A stretch of DNA of 64,000 bases from an uncultured Eubacterium sp. (GCA_947089855.1 CAMUML010000020.1:140-64139), one strand, 5' to 3'. Positions 1-11,057 are shown, counted from the stretch's first letter. The notes: generated by a model from the sequence alone, not told the origin. Made by a program: numbers and translations.

Positions 1-424
1 GCAAGGAAAGCACCATACCGATAATGCCAATGGAAAAGTTATTGATCAACATCTCAAAACCTGCCGGAATATGCCCATCCATTGCCTTGTCAAACTGCTT
101 GATCACCCATGCAGCCAGAGGCCCTACTACCATAGCCCCAAGGAACATCGGGTTATCCGGAGCTGCTACGATCGTACCCATCGTCGCGATCACACCGATC
201 ACACCGCCGCGGTCGCCCGCTACTACCCGGCCGCCGGTATAGGCAATTAAAAGCGGCAGCATCACGGAGGACATCGGGCCAACCATCTGTGCAAAGTTTT
301 CGTTCGGGAGCCACCCAGTTTCAATAAATAAAGCTGCAATCAGGCCCCATGCAATAAAGGCGCCGATATTCGGCATTACCATGCCGCTTAGAAATCTTCC
401 AAATAACTGTACTTTTTCTTTCAT
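1..424 (-). CDS. mtlA: PTS mannitol transporter IIC(B) subunit, 5' part (runs off window; not in ORF track)
   Basis: Minus-strand ATG at 424 with RBS AGAGGTGG reads [42 protein letters not shown]..., the typical MtlA N-terminus. Confidence 0.9.
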   Translation of the reverse strand, partial: MKEKVQLFGRFLSGMVMPNIGAFIAWGLIAALFIETGWLPNENFAQMVGPMSSVMLPLLIAYTGGRVVAGDRGGVIGVIATMGTIVAAPDNPMFLGAMVVGPLAAWVIKQFDKAMDGHIPAGFEMLINNFSIGIIGMVLSL

Positions 425-523
425 AATTCCACCTCTTTAAAATATACGCATCGCATGGCTGGCCAGCCAAAATCATGCTGCCGCAGAGGCCGCCGTACCA
501 GGCAGCCCATTGCTGATAACCTT

Positions 524-553
524 ATTATATGGCAAATTTCCCGGTTTTTTCAA
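524..553 (-). promoter_or_regulatory. Putative sigma-A promoter of mtlA
   Basis: TTGAAA-N18-TATAAT on the minus strand upstream of mtlA. Confidence 0.5.
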
Positions 554-565
554 GAAATAGAAAAA

Positions 566-599
566 GAGATTTGGCACTAATGACTTAATGCCAAATCTC
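566..599 (-). terminator. Rho-independent terminator after the PepSY gene
   Basis: Inverted repeat GAGATTTGGCA...TGCCAAATCTC followed by a T-run on the minus strand. Confidence 0.65.
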
Positions 600-634
600 C
601 ACTTCGTAATCCTTTGTATATCTTTCCCTAAGCG

Positions 635-1366
635 TTAATCGTTCCAGTCCCTGTCTTTTTCCAGGATTTTCCCTGTCTTTGCATCAATTTTGTATTCATA
701 CTCATAAGCGCCTTTTACAAGTTCTACTTCATAAACCGCAATGCCGTCGTCTTTGTCAAACTCGGCTTTTACCACCGTTGCACCCGGCACATCCGCCAGT
801 GCAACCTGTTTTGCTTTTGATAGGCTGATATAGCCATTTGCGGAAGAAGACTGGGTAGATGGCGCCAGTTCCCACTGGTATTCGATCAGGGCGCCCGTCC
901 TTGCATGGAACTTTAATTTAAACCGTTTATTCCCTGCCGTTGCTTTTACCTTATATATATCTACGCCGTCGTCAAATTTTTGAGAAATGCTTACGATCTT
1001 TGCTTTTTTTACTTTTTTCAATGCCAGGCTTTTGCACTTATTCTTGCTGATCAGCGGTTTGCTTTGGGAAGCGCCCACAGAAATCTTTTCCCAGCCATAT
1101 TCTATCATCTTGCCGTCGGAAGCACGGTAGGTAATATCAAATTTCTTTGCACCTTTTACCAGTTCCACTTCATATACAAGCGTGCCGTCGTCGTAATCCT
1201 TATCTAAGTCTGTAACCGTAGCATTCGGGACTTTCTGCAGCGCCTTTTGTTTTGCCTGGTTTGCACTGCTGATCTTTGCAGCGTCCACGCTGCTGGCCCA
1301 AACAAAAATACCTGCACATATACAACATACGGATAATAAAAACTGCTTCATTCTTCCTGTTTTCAT
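635..1366 (-). CDS. Secreted PepSY-domain protein (three PepSY repeats)
   Basis: Signal peptide; repeated 'AKQ.AL..VP.A.V....D.DDG..VYEVELVKG...Y.ID..TGKI' units. Confidence 0.85.
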   Translation of the reverse strand: MKTGRMKQFLLSVCCICAGIFVWASSVDAAKISSANQAKQKALQKVPNATVTDLDKDYDDGTLVYEVELVKGAKKFDITYRASDGKMIEYGWEKISVGASQSKPLISKNKCKSLALKKVKKAKIVSISQKFDDGVDIYKVKATAGNKRFKLKFHARTGALIEYQWELAPSTQSSSANGYISLSKAKQVALADVPGATVVKAEFDKDDGIAVYEVELVKGAYEYEYKIDAKTGKILEKDRDWND

Positions 1367-1447
1367 TTTTTCCTCCTTAAAAACCAGCTTCTACTGCGCT
1401 TTATTTTTAACACACATTGCACCGGTTGTCAACCGCAAAAAAATGGC

Positions 1448-1488
1448 AAACCAACATCCCTACAGGGATACTGCAGGGATGTTGGTTT
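1448..1488 (-). terminator. Terminator after tpiA
   Basis: AAACCAACATCCC...GGGATGTTGGTTT inverted repeat just past the tpiA stop. Confidence 0.7.
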
Positions 1489-1505
1489 TATAAAATCTCA
1501 AACTA

Positions 1506-2255
1506 TTATTTGTAGTTTACAATCTTGCCAAAATCAGCTTTCAAGCTGGCGCCGCCTACAAGGCCGCCGTCAATATCCGGTTTCCCAAATAATTCAGCTG
1601 CATTTGCCGCATTTACTGATCCGCCGTACTGGATACGTACTGCGTCCGCCGTCGGCTGGTCATACATTTCAGCGATGCATGCACGGATCGCGCCGCATAC
1701 TTCCTGTGCCTGGTCGGACGTTGCTGTTTTGCCGGTGCCGATTGCCCAGATTGGCTCATAAGCAATCACCATAGAAGCTACCTGCGCAGCAGTAATGTCC
1801 TTTAAATCCGATTTGATCTGCATACGGATCCAGTCTAACGTAATGCCCATTTCCCGCTGTTCCAGTGTTTCGCCGCAGCAAAGGATCGGTGTCAAGCCGC
1901 TTTCAAATGCTTTTTTTACTTTCTTATTCAGCATTACGTCGCATTCTTTAAAGTAGTCACGCCGTTCAGAATGCCCGATAATTACATATTTTACACCTGC
2001 GTCTACGAGCATTTCCGCAGAAATTTCACCGGTGTATGCGCCTTTATCCTCAAAATACATGTTTTCTGCGCCGACTGCTACATTTGTGCCTTTGACTGCT
2101 TCTACGACTGGTACAATGTCAATGGCTGGAACACAGTATACGACTTCTACTTCATCGCTTGCTACTAATGGTTTTAATTCTTCTACTAACTTTACAGCCT
2201 GGCTTGGGGTCATATTCATTTTCCAGTTGCCAGCTACAATTTTTTTTCTTGCCAT
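1506..2255 (-). CDS. tpiA: Triosephosphate isomerase
   Basis: [31 protein letters not shown] and GGLVGGASL motifs. Confidence 0.98.
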   Translation of the reverse strand: MARKKIVAGNWKMNMTPSQAVKLVEELKPLVASDEVEVVYCVPAIDIVPVVEAVKGTNVAVGAENMYFEDKGAYTGEISAEMLVDAGVKYVIIGHSERRDYFKECDVMLNKKVKKAFESGLTPILCCGETLEQREMGITLDWIRMQIKSDLKDITAAQVASMVIAYEPIWAIGTGKTATSDQAQEVCGAIRACIAEMYDQPTADAVRIQYGGSVNAANAAELFGKPDIDGGLVGGASLKADFGKIVNYK

Positions 2256-2328
2256 GTCAGTTTTACTTCCTCTCCAATGTTATAGTTGCCATTGGCCAGC
2301 CGAAACAGGTACTGGCCAGGTCCCTTTT

Positions 2329-3537
2329 TTATTTATCGTTCGCTGCTGCTACGCCCGGCAGTTCTTTTCCTTCCAAAAATTCCAGGGAAGCGCCGCCGCC
2401 GGTTGAAATATGGGACATCTTGTCGCCAAATCCCAGTGTATTGACTGCTGCTGCGGAATCGCCGCCGCCGATAATCGTAGTAGCGTCTGTTTCTGCAAGC
2501 GCTTTTGCTACGGCAATCGTACCTTCTGCAAGCGTCGGGTTTTCAAATACGCCCATCGGCCCATTCCATACAACGGTCTTTGCAGATTTTACTGCATCCG
2601 CAAATAAAGCCTGTGTCTTCGGCCCAATATCGCAGCCCTGCCTGTCTGCAGGCATTGCGCTGGAATCGCAGACTTCTATTTCTACTGGGGCATCGATCGG
2701 ATTCGGGAATTCTTTGATTGTAACCGCATCTACCGGAAGCAGCAGCTGCTTGCCCTGTTTTTCCGCTTTTGCAATCATTTCCTTGCAGTAATCTACTTTG
2801 GAATCATCTACCAAAGAAGTGCCGATTTCATTGCCCTGTGCCTTTAAGAACGTATAAGCCATACCGCCGCCAATAATCAGCGTATCGCATTTATCCAGCA
2901 GGTTGTCGATTACATTCAGCTTGTCTGCAACTTTTGCGCCGCCTAAGATTGCTACAAACGGACGTACCGGATTTTCTACGGCATTGCCAAGGAAATCAAT
3001 TTCTTTCTGCATTAAGTAGCCTACAACCGCAGTATCTACAAGCTGTGCAACGCCGACATTAGAGCAGTGCGCCCTGTGGGCGGTACCAAATGCATCGTTT
3101 ACAAATACATCGCATAACGAAGCAAGGTCTTTGCTGAATGCTTCGCCGTTTTTGGTTTCTTCTTTGCGGTAGCGGGTGTTTTCCAACAGGATGACTTCGC
3201 CGTCTTTCATTGCTTCTACCGCTGCCTTTGCATTCGGGCCGACTACTTCGTTGTCAGCTGCAAATTTTACTTCCTGCCCTAATAATTCCGAAAGCCTTTT
3301 TGCAACCGGTGCCAGGGACAATTCCGGCTTCGGCTCGCCCTTTGGCTTGCCAAGGTGGGAACAAAGGATCACTTTGCCGCCGTCGGCAATTAATTTTTTA
3401 ATTGTCGGCAATGCTGCTACCAGGCGGTTTTCGTCTGTAATTTTGCCTTCTTTTAACGGTACATTGAAATCGCACCTGCAAAGTACCTTTTTGCCAGCTA
3501 CGTTTATATCATCTACTGATTTTTTATTTAAACCCAT
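2329..3537 (-). CDS. pgk: Phosphoglycerate kinase (start MGLNKK at 3537)
   Basis: [32 protein letters not shown] and STGGGASLE motifs. Confidence 0.98.
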   Translation of the reverse strand: MGLNKKSVDDINVAGKKVLCRCDFNVPLKEGKITDENRLVAALPTIKKLIADGGKVILCSHLGKPKGEPKPELSLAPVAKRLSELLGQEVKFAADNEVVGPNAKAAVEAMKDGEVILLENTRYRKEETKNGEAFSKDLASLCDVFVNDAFGTAHRAHCSNVGVAQLVDTAVVGYLMQKEIDFLGNAVENPVRPFVAILGGAKVADKLNVIDNLLDKCDTLIIGGGMAYTFLKAQGNEIGTSLVDDSKVDYCKEMIAKAEKQGKQLLLPVDAVTIKEFPNPIDAPVEIEVCDSSAMPADRQGCDIGPKTQALFADAVKSAKTVVWNGPMGVFENPTLAEGTIAVAKALAETDATTIIGGGDSAAAVNTLGFGDKMSHISTGGGASLEFLEGKELPGVAAANDK

Positions 3538-3622
3538 TGTCTTTTCCTCCAGGATATTTATGAATGATAACAAATAAAGGCCCGGCCCTTTTGCGGCCGG
3601 ACCCTTTGTGAGCCTTTACAGA

Positions 3623-4639
3623 TTATGCTAACTCTGAGAAATATTTGATTGTGCGGACCATCTGTGATGTATAGGAATTTTCATTGTCGTACCAGGAAAC
3701 TACCTGTACTTCGTACTGGTCATCGGAAACTTTGCTTACCATTGTCTGTGTAGCATCAAACAGGGAACCAAACCGCATGCCAATAATATCGGAGGAAACG
3801 ATTTCATCTTCATTGTATCCGAAAGATTCATTTGCTGCTGCCTTCATTGCTGCATTAATGCCGTCAACGGTTACGTCAGCTTTATTTACAACTGCTGTTA
3901 AAATTGTAGTAGAGCCAGTTGGTGTCGGAACACGCTGTGCAGAACCGATTAATTTGCCGTTTAATTCTGGAATTACAAGTCCGATAGCCTTTGCAGCGCC
4001 GGTAGAGTTTGGAACAATATTCACTGCTGCTGCACGTGACCTTCTTAAATCACCCTTCCTCTGTGGGCCGTCAAGTGTCATCTGGTCACCTGTATAAGCA
4101 TGGATGGTTACCATAATACCAGACTGGATCGGTGCATATTTATTTAATGCATCAGCCATTGGCGCTAAACAGTTTGTTGTGCAGGATGCTGCTGAAATAA
4201 TGGTATCAGAAGCTTTTAATGTCTCATGGTTGGTATTGAAAACAATTGTAGGAAGGTCATTTCCAGCAGGTGCGGAAATTACAACCTTGCGGGCACCGGC
4301 ATTGATATGTGCCTGTGCTTTGTCCTTGCTTGTATAGAAACCAGAGCATTCCAATACTACGTCAACTTTTAATTCACCCCAAGGGCAATTGTTTGCATCC
4401 GGCTCTTTGTAAATCTTAATTTCCTGGCCGTCAACTGTAATGGAATCTTCGCTTGCAGATACTTTATCAGCCAATTCGTATTTGCCCTGGGAAGAATCAT
4501 ACTTTAACAGATGTGCCAACATCTTCGGGCTTGTCAGGTCGTTGATCGCTACTACTTCGTATCCTTCTGCCCCAAACATCTGACGAAAAGCAAGACGGCC
4601 GATACGGCCAAAACCATTGATCGCTACTCTTACTGCCAT
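3623..4639 (-). CDS. gap: Type I glyceraldehyde-3-phosphate dehydrogenase
   Basis: [19 protein letters not shown] and SWYDNE motifs; AGGAGG RBS before ATG at 4639. Confidence 0.98.
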   Translation of the reverse strand: MAVRVAINGFGRIGRLAFRQMFGAEGYEVVAINDLTSPKMLAHLLKYDSSQGKYELADKVSASEDSITVDGQEIKIYKEPDANNCPWGELKVDVVLECSGFYTSKDKAQAHINAGARKVVISAPAGNDLPTIVFNTNHETLKASDTIISAASCTTNCLAPMADALNKYAPIQSGIMVTIHAYTGDQMTLDGPQRKGDLRRSRAAAVNIVPNSTGAAKAIGLVIPELNGKLIGSAQRVPTPTGSTTILTAVVNKADVTVDGINAAMKAAANESFGYNEDEIVSSDIIGMRFGSLFDATQTMVSKVSDDQYEVQVVSWYDNENSYTSQMVRTIKYFSELA

Positions 4640-4883
4640 TTTTGTTTTCCTCCTAAACATACATAAAATATTTTATCTTTTGGGTAGTATACCCAAGCTG
4701 TTTCCTATTTTACCCAATTTCTTATAAAAATTCAAGTACAATTATGCACTTTGTTAAAATTTTACCTAAATTTTTTTCCGCTATTGACATTTGAAGGATT
4801 TTCGGTGCAAAATGAGGGGGAAAATGTAGGATTTTTTTATAAAAAAACGTTTTTTGGCAATTACAGGAAAGGAACGCACGCTT

Positions 4884-5687
4884 ATGGCATATTGGGATAC
4901 GCACATGCACAGCAATTTTTCCGGCGACAGCAACAGTACGCCGGAATCTATGGTACAAGCTTCCATACAAAAGGGGCTTGCCGGCATCTGTTTTACCGAC
5001 CACTTGGACTATAGCTATCCAAAAGACCCCAGCCTATTTCTGCTTGACCTTCCTTCTTACAGCCAGGCAATCCACCGGCTGCAGGCAGAATATGCAGGCA
5101 AAATACCCGTTTTATTCGGTATCGAACTAGGGCTGCAGCCGCAGCTGGCCGAAACGCATAGGCAGCTTTTGCAGGAATATGATTTTGACTTTGTCATTGG
5201 CTCATCGCATGTGGTACATGGAGCCGACCCTTATTACAGCTCCTATTACAGCGGGCGCACGGAAAGCGCCGCCTATCTGGAATATTTTGAATCCATCCTG
5301 GAGAATATACACGCATGCCCTGCCTTCGACGTATATGGGCACCTTGATTATGTCGTACGGTACGGCCCGCATCAAAACACCTTTTACGCTTATGAAACGT
5401 ACCAGGATATTATCGACGAGATCCTAAGGCAGCTGATCTTGCTGGGAAAGGGCCTGGAATTGAATATGGCCGGGTTTAAATATGGCCTTGGGCACCCAAA
5501 CCCATGCGAAGATATTTTAAAACGGTACCGCGCCTTAGGCGGCGAGATTTTGACCCTTGGGGCAGACGGACACAAGCCGCAGGACATCGGCTATGCCTAT
5601 CCCAAGCTGTCGGCACTGCTGGAAGTGTGCGGTTTTTCTTATTATACAGTATTTAAAAAACGCCGCCCGGAATTTATCCCGGTTTAG
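4884..5687 (+). CDS. Histidinol-phosphatase HisJ family (PHP domain)
   Basis: DTHMHS, FTDH, GIELG, GHLDY and LGADGH metal-binding motifs. Confidence 0.85.
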   Translation: MAYWDTHMHSNFSGDSNSTPESMVQASIQKGLAGICFTDHLDYSYPKDPSLFLLDLPSYSQAIHRLQAEYAGKIPVLFGIELGLQPQLAETHRQLLQEYDFDFVIGSSHVVHGADPYYSSYYSGRTESAAYLEYFESILENIHACPAFDVYGHLDYVVRYGPHQNTFYAYETYQDIIDEILRQLILLGKGLELNMAGFKYGLGHPNPCEDILKRYRALGGEILTLGADGHKPQDIGYAYPKLSALLEVCGFSYYTVFKKRRPEFIPV

Positions 5688-6273
5688 AGATTTTCCCCCG
5701 GATACGCTGCAGGGCATTGTCAATGGATTTTGGCGTCTTCCCCATATATTCTGCAATCTGATGGTAGTTTAAGCCGTCTAAATAAAGCGCCAGCACCTGC
5801 CGTTCCATGCGGCTTAACCGTTCCTGCGCCTGCCTTAGCAGCTGCCGGACCGTTTCCTGGCTGATAAATAAGGTCTCCGGGTTTTGCGCCTGAAGCTGGT
5901 TTTCCATATCCGGATAGATGCCATCCGCCCCGTCCTGCCTATCCAGCGGGACGTACGTATTGAGCGGGCTGTGCTTTTTACGCTGGGACGCTTCTACCGC
6001 CGTATACATCTGGCGGGTAATGCACAGCTCTGCAAAATGGTAAAAGGACGCTTCTTTATCCAGGCGGTAATCCTGTACCGCCTTAAACAGCCCGATCATC
6101 CCTTCCTGGATCAAATCTTCCGTTTCCCCGCCGATCAGGTATAACGCATTGGCACGTTTGCGCACCAGGTTCTTATATTTTTCCATCAGGTAGTCCATTA
6201 CCTCCGTCTGCCCGGCACGCAGCTGCCCAATCAGTTGTTCATCCGATACGTCCCTGTATTTATCCCGTTCCAT
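5674..6273 (-). CDS. sigH: RNA polymerase sigma factor, SigH family
   Basis: EDLIQEGMIGLFKA, RKKHSPLN and KSIDNALQR motifs; conserved position after rlmB. Confidence 0.85.
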   Translation of the reverse strand: MERDKYRDVSDEQLIGQLRAGQTEVMDYLMEKYKNLVRKRANALYLIGGETEDLIQEGMIGLFKAVQDYRLDKEASFYHFAELCITRQMYTAVEASQRKKHSPLNTYVPLDRQDGADGIYPDMENQLQAQNPETLFISQETVRQLLRQAQERLSRMERQVLALYLDGLNYHQIAEYMGKTPKSIDNALQRIRGKISKPG

Positions 6274-6381
6274 AGTCCACCTGTATTCCTATTCCGCTGC
6301 AGCGAAACTTCTGGCCTTAGGAATTCTGCAGCGGACCCTTAGCAACCGTTCCGATCACCCATGGAACGGTTGCAATCTTTA

Positions 6382-7239
6382 TTACTTATAATACCGTTGC
6401 CGCACTACTTCATAAGACAGCACGGCTGCAGCCGCAGCTGCGTTTAACGAGCCAATATCCCCTTTCATCGGAATGGCCGCCGTCATGTCGCAGTGTTCCT
6501 TTACCAGCCTGCCCACGCCAGTACCTTCACTTCCGACTACAATCCCAATCGGGCCGGTCAGATCCTGCTTGTACATCAACTCCCCTTCCATATCCGCACA
6601 TACAAACCAGATGCCCTTTTCTTTTAACTCCTCCATCGTTTGGGCAATATTGGTCACCTTTGCTACCAGTGTATAGTTAATCGCGCCTGCCGATGCTTTC
6701 GCAGCCGTCCCAGTCAACCCCGCCGCACGGCGTTTTGGGATAATAATGCCATGCGCGCCTGCCAGGTTTGCCGAACGGATCACTGCACCCAGGTTATACG
6801 GGTCTTCTATCCCATCCAATATCATAATAAACGGCGGTTCCCCTGCAGCCTCCGCTTTTTCCAATATCTGCTCCACAGATGCATATTCGTACGCCGCCGC
6901 TACCGCGATCACGCCCTGGTGCTTTTTCGTTTCTGACATGCTCCCCAAGCGTTCTTTATCCACAAAATTAATAATCGTATCGTGTTTCCTTGCTTCCCGC
7001 ACGATCGTCAGTACCGGGCCGTCCTTGCACCCGTCCAGCACATACAATTTATCAATCGTCTTGCCGGCACGGAATGCTTCCAACACAGCATGCCGGCCTT
7101 CAATTTTCGCCAAGGACGCATCGGCCCCTGCATCGATGATTGTCTCTTCCGTAATAATGGTATCCCTCGCATTATGATACCTGTCATCCTGCCTTTTATC
7201 CAGTTTCCGATTATAACTTTTCCGATAGTTATTCTGCAT
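6382..7239 (-). CDS. rlmB: 23S rRNA (guanosine-2'-O)-methyltransferase, TrmH/SpoU family
   Basis: LDGIEDPYNLGAVIRSA, GSEGTG and IPMKGDIGSLN motifs. Confidence 0.92.
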   Translation of the reverse strand: MQNNYRKSYNRKLDKRQDDRYHNARDTIITEETIIDAGADASLAKIEGRHAVLEAFRAGKTIDKLYVLDGCKDGPVLTIVREARKHDTIINFVDKERLGSMSETKKHQGVIAVAAAYEYASVEQILEKAEAAGEPPFIMILDGIEDPYNLGAVIRSANLAGAHGIIIPKRRAAGLTGTAAKASAGAINYTLVAKVTNIAQTMEELKEKGIWFVCADMEGELMYKQDLTGPIGIVVGSEGTGVGRLVKEHCDMTAAIPMKGDIGSLNAAAAAAVLSYEVVRQRYYK

Positions 7240-7280
7240 ACACCCTCCTATTCTTGCCGCACCAGCAATTTTTCTGCCTG

Positions 7281-7757
7281 TCAGTATAAATTGCGTGTCT
7301 GTGCCCCTTCCCGCTCATTTGGTATATACTGCCCTACGGCCTCTTTTACCAGGCTGATCAGGCGCGGCAGCTCATTGTTCAAATATAGGTACCCCATCAG
7401 CGCTTCAAACCCAGTTGCCCGCCGGTAGTCATTGACCGACGCATTTTTGGCCGTCGTATAGGACTTCGCATTACGGCCCCGCCGGTAAACATCTGCTTCT
7501 TTGCTGGTCAGCATTGGCATCAGAATATCCATCATCGCCGACTGCGCCTGGGCTTTCACATAACGGCTGGCCTCCTGGTGCAGCCGGTTAACCGGCCGGT
7601 TCCCCTTTCCGACAACAATAGACCTTATGACCAGTTCATAAATACCGTCCCCAATATAGGCTAGCGTCAGTGGCGAATAGCGCCGTATATCTGTTTCTTC
7701 TATATTAAATTGCTGCCTGATATATGCATCCAGGCCATGATCTGTATTGTCAAGCAC
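7281..7757 (-). CDS. mrnC: Mini-ribonuclease III
   Basis: [18 protein letters not shown] and [13 protein letters not shown] motifs; lies between cysS and rlmB. Confidence 0.92.
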   Translation of the reverse strand: MLDNTDHGLDAYIRQQFNIEETDIRRYSPLTLAYIGDGIYELVIRSIVVGKGNRPVNRLHQEASRYVKAQAQSAMMDILMPMLTSKEADVYRRGRNAKSYTTAKNASVNDYRRATGFEALMGYLYLNNELPRLISLVKEAVGQYIPNEREGAQTRNLY

Positions 7758-9231
7758 GTTTCCAGGTAACTCCTTCTCTTGTATCCTTTAACAAAATCCC
7801 TTTTTGTGCCAACTCATCCCGTATCTGGTCCGCCCTGGCAAAATCTTTATTTTTCCTTGCTTCCTGGCGTTGTGCGATCAGCGCCTCAATATCTGCATCC
7901 AGGATTTCCGCTTCTTTTTCGATCTGGATACCGAGCACATCACATAACAGCCGCAGCCGTTCATAAAGGCTATGCAGGTATGCAGCCGTATTCTGGGCTG
8001 ATACATTTGTATTGATAAATTTCACTAGTTCAAAAACGGCGGAAACAGCATCCGCAGTATTGCAGTCGTCTTCCATCGCAGCTTCGAACTTCTTTTGAAA
8101 TTCCTCTGAACGGGCATACAAAGCCGCTTCTTCCGCCGTCATGCCCTGTCCGTTTGCCGCTGCCTGAACCACATCATGGCCATTTGCTGCCTGTGCCTTG
8201 TCCTGGCCATTTGCCGCTGCCTGGCCTTCTGCTGCGCCTGCTAGGCGCATAACATTCTCCGCTGCCGTCAAGATACGCTCCAGCCCGCTTTTTGCGGCTT
8301 CCATTAATTCCGCACTAAAATTCAGCGGGCTGCGGTAATGCGCACTGAGCATAAAAAACCGCAGCACCTGCAGGTCATATTTCTCAGCAATATCCCTGAC
8401 CGTAAAGAAATTGCCCAGCGACTTGGACATTTTCTGGTTGTCAATATTCAAAAACCCATTATGCATCCAATAGCGGGCGAATTCTTTTCCGCTGGCCGCT
8501 TCTGACTGGGCGATCTCGTTTTCATGGTGCGGAAAAATCAGGTCTTCGCCCCCGGCATGGATGTCGATTGTCTCGCCCAGGTATTTTTTGGACATCACCG
8601 AACATTCAATGTGCCATCCAGGACGCCCTTCGCCCCACGGGGACGGCCATGACGGTTCCCCTTCCTTTTTCGGCTTCCAGAGCACAAAATCAAACGGATC
8701 CTCCTTTAACTCCCCTGCTACCTGAATATCCCGGTGCCCGGCCTGCAGGTCTTCCAGGTTTTTATGGGACAGTTTTCCATACTCCGCAAATTTCCCGGTC
8801 CGAAAATAAACCGTGCCGTCAGCCGCCGCATACGCATACCCTTTGTCAACAAGCGTAGCAATCATTGTGATCATGCCGTCAATTTCCTGCGTGGCAAGCG
8901 GATGGACGGTCGCCGGTTTTACATGCATCCCTTCCATATCTTTTTTGCATTCTGCAATATAACGCCTGGAAACCTCACTGGCATCTACGCCTTCTTCCTG
9001 TGCTTTTTTAATGATCTTATCATCTACATCCGTAAAATTCGATACATAATTGACCTCATACCCACGGTATTCCAAATATCTGCGGAATGTGTCGAATACG
9101 ATCATCGGCCGGGCATTTCCGATATGGATCAGGTTATAGACCGTCGGGCCGCAGACATACATCTTTACCTTCCCCGGCTCCAGCGGGACAAATTCCTCCT
9201 TCTTCCTTGTCAGTGTATTATAAATTTTCAT
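7750..9231 (-). CDS. cysS: Cysteine--tRNA ligase (start MKIYN at 9231)
   Basis: [18 protein letters not shown] and KMSKS motifs. Confidence 0.98.
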   Translation of the reverse strand: MKIYNTLTRKKEEFVPLEPGKVKMYVCGPTVYNLIHIGNARPMIVFDTFRRYLEYRGYEVNYVSNFTDVDDKIIKKAQEEGVDASEVSRRYIAECKKDMEGMHVKPATVHPLATQEIDGMITMIATLVDKGYAYAAADGTVYFRTGKFAEYGKLSHKNLEDLQAGHRDIQVAGELKEDPFDFVLWKPKKEGEPSWPSPWGEGRPGWHIECSVMSKKYLGETIDIHAGGEDLIFPHHENEIAQSEAASGKEFARYWMHNGFLNIDNQKMSKSLGNFFTVRDIAEKYDLQVLRFFMLSAHYRSPLNFSAELMEAAKSGLERILTAAENVMRLAGAAEGQAAANGQDKAQAANGHDVVQAAANGQGMTAEEAALYARSEEFQKKFEAAMEDDCNTADAVSAVFELVKFINTNVSAQNTAAYLHSLYERLRLLCDVLGIQIEKEAEILDADIEALIAQRQEARKNKDFARADQIRDELAQKGILLKDTREGVTWKRA

Positions 9232-9285
9232 GGTGCCTCCTCTCAGATTCGAAACCCTTTTCACGCCAGCTGCTGTTTTGCCGCC

Positions 9286-9900
9286 TCAACGGCCGGTATC
9301 CTGGCTTCCTCCGCCACAGCAGCCATTTCCCTTGCCAGCCCCGCAGCAGCCCGTTTCCCCGCCAGCCCCGCAGCAGCCTGCCGTTTCCCTATCCAAACCG
9401 CTGCCAGCTGCCGCAAAACTGCCTTCATAAAGGGAAGAAACCGCACAAACTGCAAATGCCGAAATTCCCTGGCCCGTCCCTGTAAAACCAAGCCCTTCTT
9501 CTGTTGTCGCTTTAACATTCACCTGGTTTTCCTGGAGCTGCAAAACAGCCGCTACATTGCGCTCCATCTGCGGGATATAAGGGCGCAGCTTCGGCTGCTG
9601 CGCTACGATCGTTACATCAATATTTTCAATCCAATAATTTTCCTGCGCCAGCAGCCGCCCCACTTCTGCCAGCAGCCGCATACTGCTGATACCTGCATAT
9701 TTTTCATCCGTATCTGGGAAATGTTTTCCAATATCCCCCAACGCCGCCGCCCCAAGCAGCGCATCCATAACCGCATGTACAGCTACATCCGCATCGGAAT
9801 GCCCAAGCAGCCCAAGGGTGTATGGTATCTCTACGCCGCCTAATACCAGGCGCCGGTCCTCTGCCAGTTTATGGACATCGTACCCCATTCCTACACGCAT
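9286..9900 (-). CDS. ispF: 2-C-methyl-D-erythritol 2,4-cyclodiphosphate synthase with a Cys/Gly-rich C-terminal extension (start MRVGMG at 9900)
   Basis: [21 protein letters not shown] and [10 protein letters not shown] motifs; GGAGG RBS. Confidence 0.95.
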   Translation of the reverse strand: MRVGMGYDVHKLAEDRRLVLGGVEIPYTLGLLGHSDADVAVHAVMDALLGAAALGDIGKHFPDTDEKYAGISSMRLLAEVGRLLAQENYWIENIDVTIVAQQPKLRPYIPQMERNVAAVLQLQENQVNVKATTEEGLGFTGTGQGISAFAVCAVSSLYEGSFAAAGSGLDRETAGCCGAGGETGCCGAGKGNGCCGGGSQDTGR

Positions 9901-10403
9901 AACAAACTGCCTCCTGTCATTTATTCGATTTCCACATGCACAAAGTTTCACCCATATGGATGGACTATGGTAAAGTTTAGCACAATTTTTGCAGAAAGAA
10001 AATAGAAGAAATAGAAGAAATAAAAGAAATACAAAACCCCCAAAAGGCTGCCGCCCCTTGAGGGTTTTTCTTACGTTACTTATTTTTGCCAATAGGCGTT
10101 ACTATTCACAGCCAATTTGCTCTTGACAAACATTCTAAGTTATGAGGCTGTAAATCAAGTATGAAACCAGATAAGGACAAAATATAAAAAAGCTTTTTTC
10201 GGAAGATAAAGGCATAAATTAAGAAAATTAGCTACACGAGAAACTTCCTTGTGACAGCGTCCGCAGATATAGCGAGCATCGGATTGTGACAACCATAATC
10301 CTAATAGTAACATCTTTTAATAAAAAGATAGAAGAATATCAGTTGATATGTTATAATTTTTGTGTTGTCCAACCTATACCCGGCAACGGGAGGGGGTGTT
10401 CCG

Positions 10404-10502
10404 ATGGAAGTCGTCATTACTTTTCTAGTGACTGTCGCGGCAGGTGTGGTTTGCCACCTCATCAGCAAATGGCTAGACAGGCATGACAAGGACAGCGAAT
10501 AG
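10404..10502 (+). CDS. Fst/Ldr-like type I toxin, 32 aa: MEVVITFLVTVAAGVVCHLISKWLDRHDKDSE
   Basis: GGAGGGGG RBS; extended -10 TGtTATAAT at 10349-10357; one hydrophobic helix, conserved W and a charged tail. Confidence 0.8.
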   Translation: MEVVITFLVTVAAGVVCHLISKWLDRHDKDSE

Positions 10503-10532
10503 CCTAGTGGATGCTTGGACACTATAAAAGAC

Positions 10533-10615
10533 AAGAAGAATCCCCGAACTGTGCTGCAACACGGCTCGGGGATTCGTTCTTTTGTCCAAATGGACTCGTC
10601 ATTACTTTTTGCCTG
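10533..10615 (-). ncRNA. Putative type I antitoxin RNA (RNAII-like), convergent with the toxin mRNA
   Basis: Minus-strand TTGCAA-N17-TATAAT promoter (10649-10621); the RNA carries the complement of the toxin start region and 5' leader; shared hairpin terminator. Confidence 0.7.
10538..10575. terminator. Bidirectional terminator shared by toxin and antitoxin
   Basis: GAATCCCCGA...TCGGGGATTC stem with A-rich and T-rich flanks. Confidence 0.75.
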
Positions 10616-10689
10616 TTGGCATTATAGCATATGCAAATTATAATTGCAAGATACATTTCTATTTCGCAAAATAAAAATGTATCCTTATC

Positions 10690-10834
10690 GTTACTATTCA
10701 CGGGCCAGGAATGCGCATAAACTGCGCATTCCGTGAGAACATGATTCAGGAGTGAGGGGCGATTTTGCGGAGCAAACTTCCAATTATCGCCCCGAATGGT
10801 TACTATGAGCGGCCCCCAGGCCGTGAATAGTAAC
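10690..10834. mobile_element. 145-bp MITE-like element
   Basis: 14-bp perfect TIRs GTTACTATTCACGG/CCGTGAATAGTAAC flanked by an 8-bp direct repeat TCCTTATC (10682-10689 and 10835-10842). Confidence 0.8.
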
Positions 10835-11023
10835 TCCTTATCTGGCATCAAGCAATGTCACTTACTTAAAAAATCCCTCACATAACCTAGCCCAGAAAAT
10901 GCCTAACCAGGAACGCTGCTAATTGTGGCCTCCCGGACGCCGGATGGGGGCCGCTGCCTTGCCTGGCCGGGCAGCAGGATTTTGTCAGGCAAGTGGTACT
11001 GCACACCACTGAAATTTACAGCC

Positions 11024-11057
11024 AAATAGGAAACTGCTAAAATAGGAAACTGCTAAA
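11024..11057. repeat. Short tandem duplication (AAATAGGAAACTGCTA x2)
   Basis: Two adjacent identical copies in intergenic DNA. Confidence 0.8.

Noticed and set aside
8734-9843. 369-aa plus-strand ORF and similar antisense ORFs across the window
   Set aside because: Antisense shadows of well-supported genes, with no recognisable motifs
9900-10092. Long N-terminal extension of IspF in the ORF track
   Set aside because: No RBS at the upstream start; GGAGG precedes the ATG at 9900 (the same applies to the extended starts of pgk, the lacX-like gene, cysS and others)
10286-10851. ORF-track ORFs 10286-10486, 10301-10534 and 10522-10851
   Set aside because: Shadow frames over the toxin, antitoxin and MITE; the 32-aa ORF has the RBS and family signature
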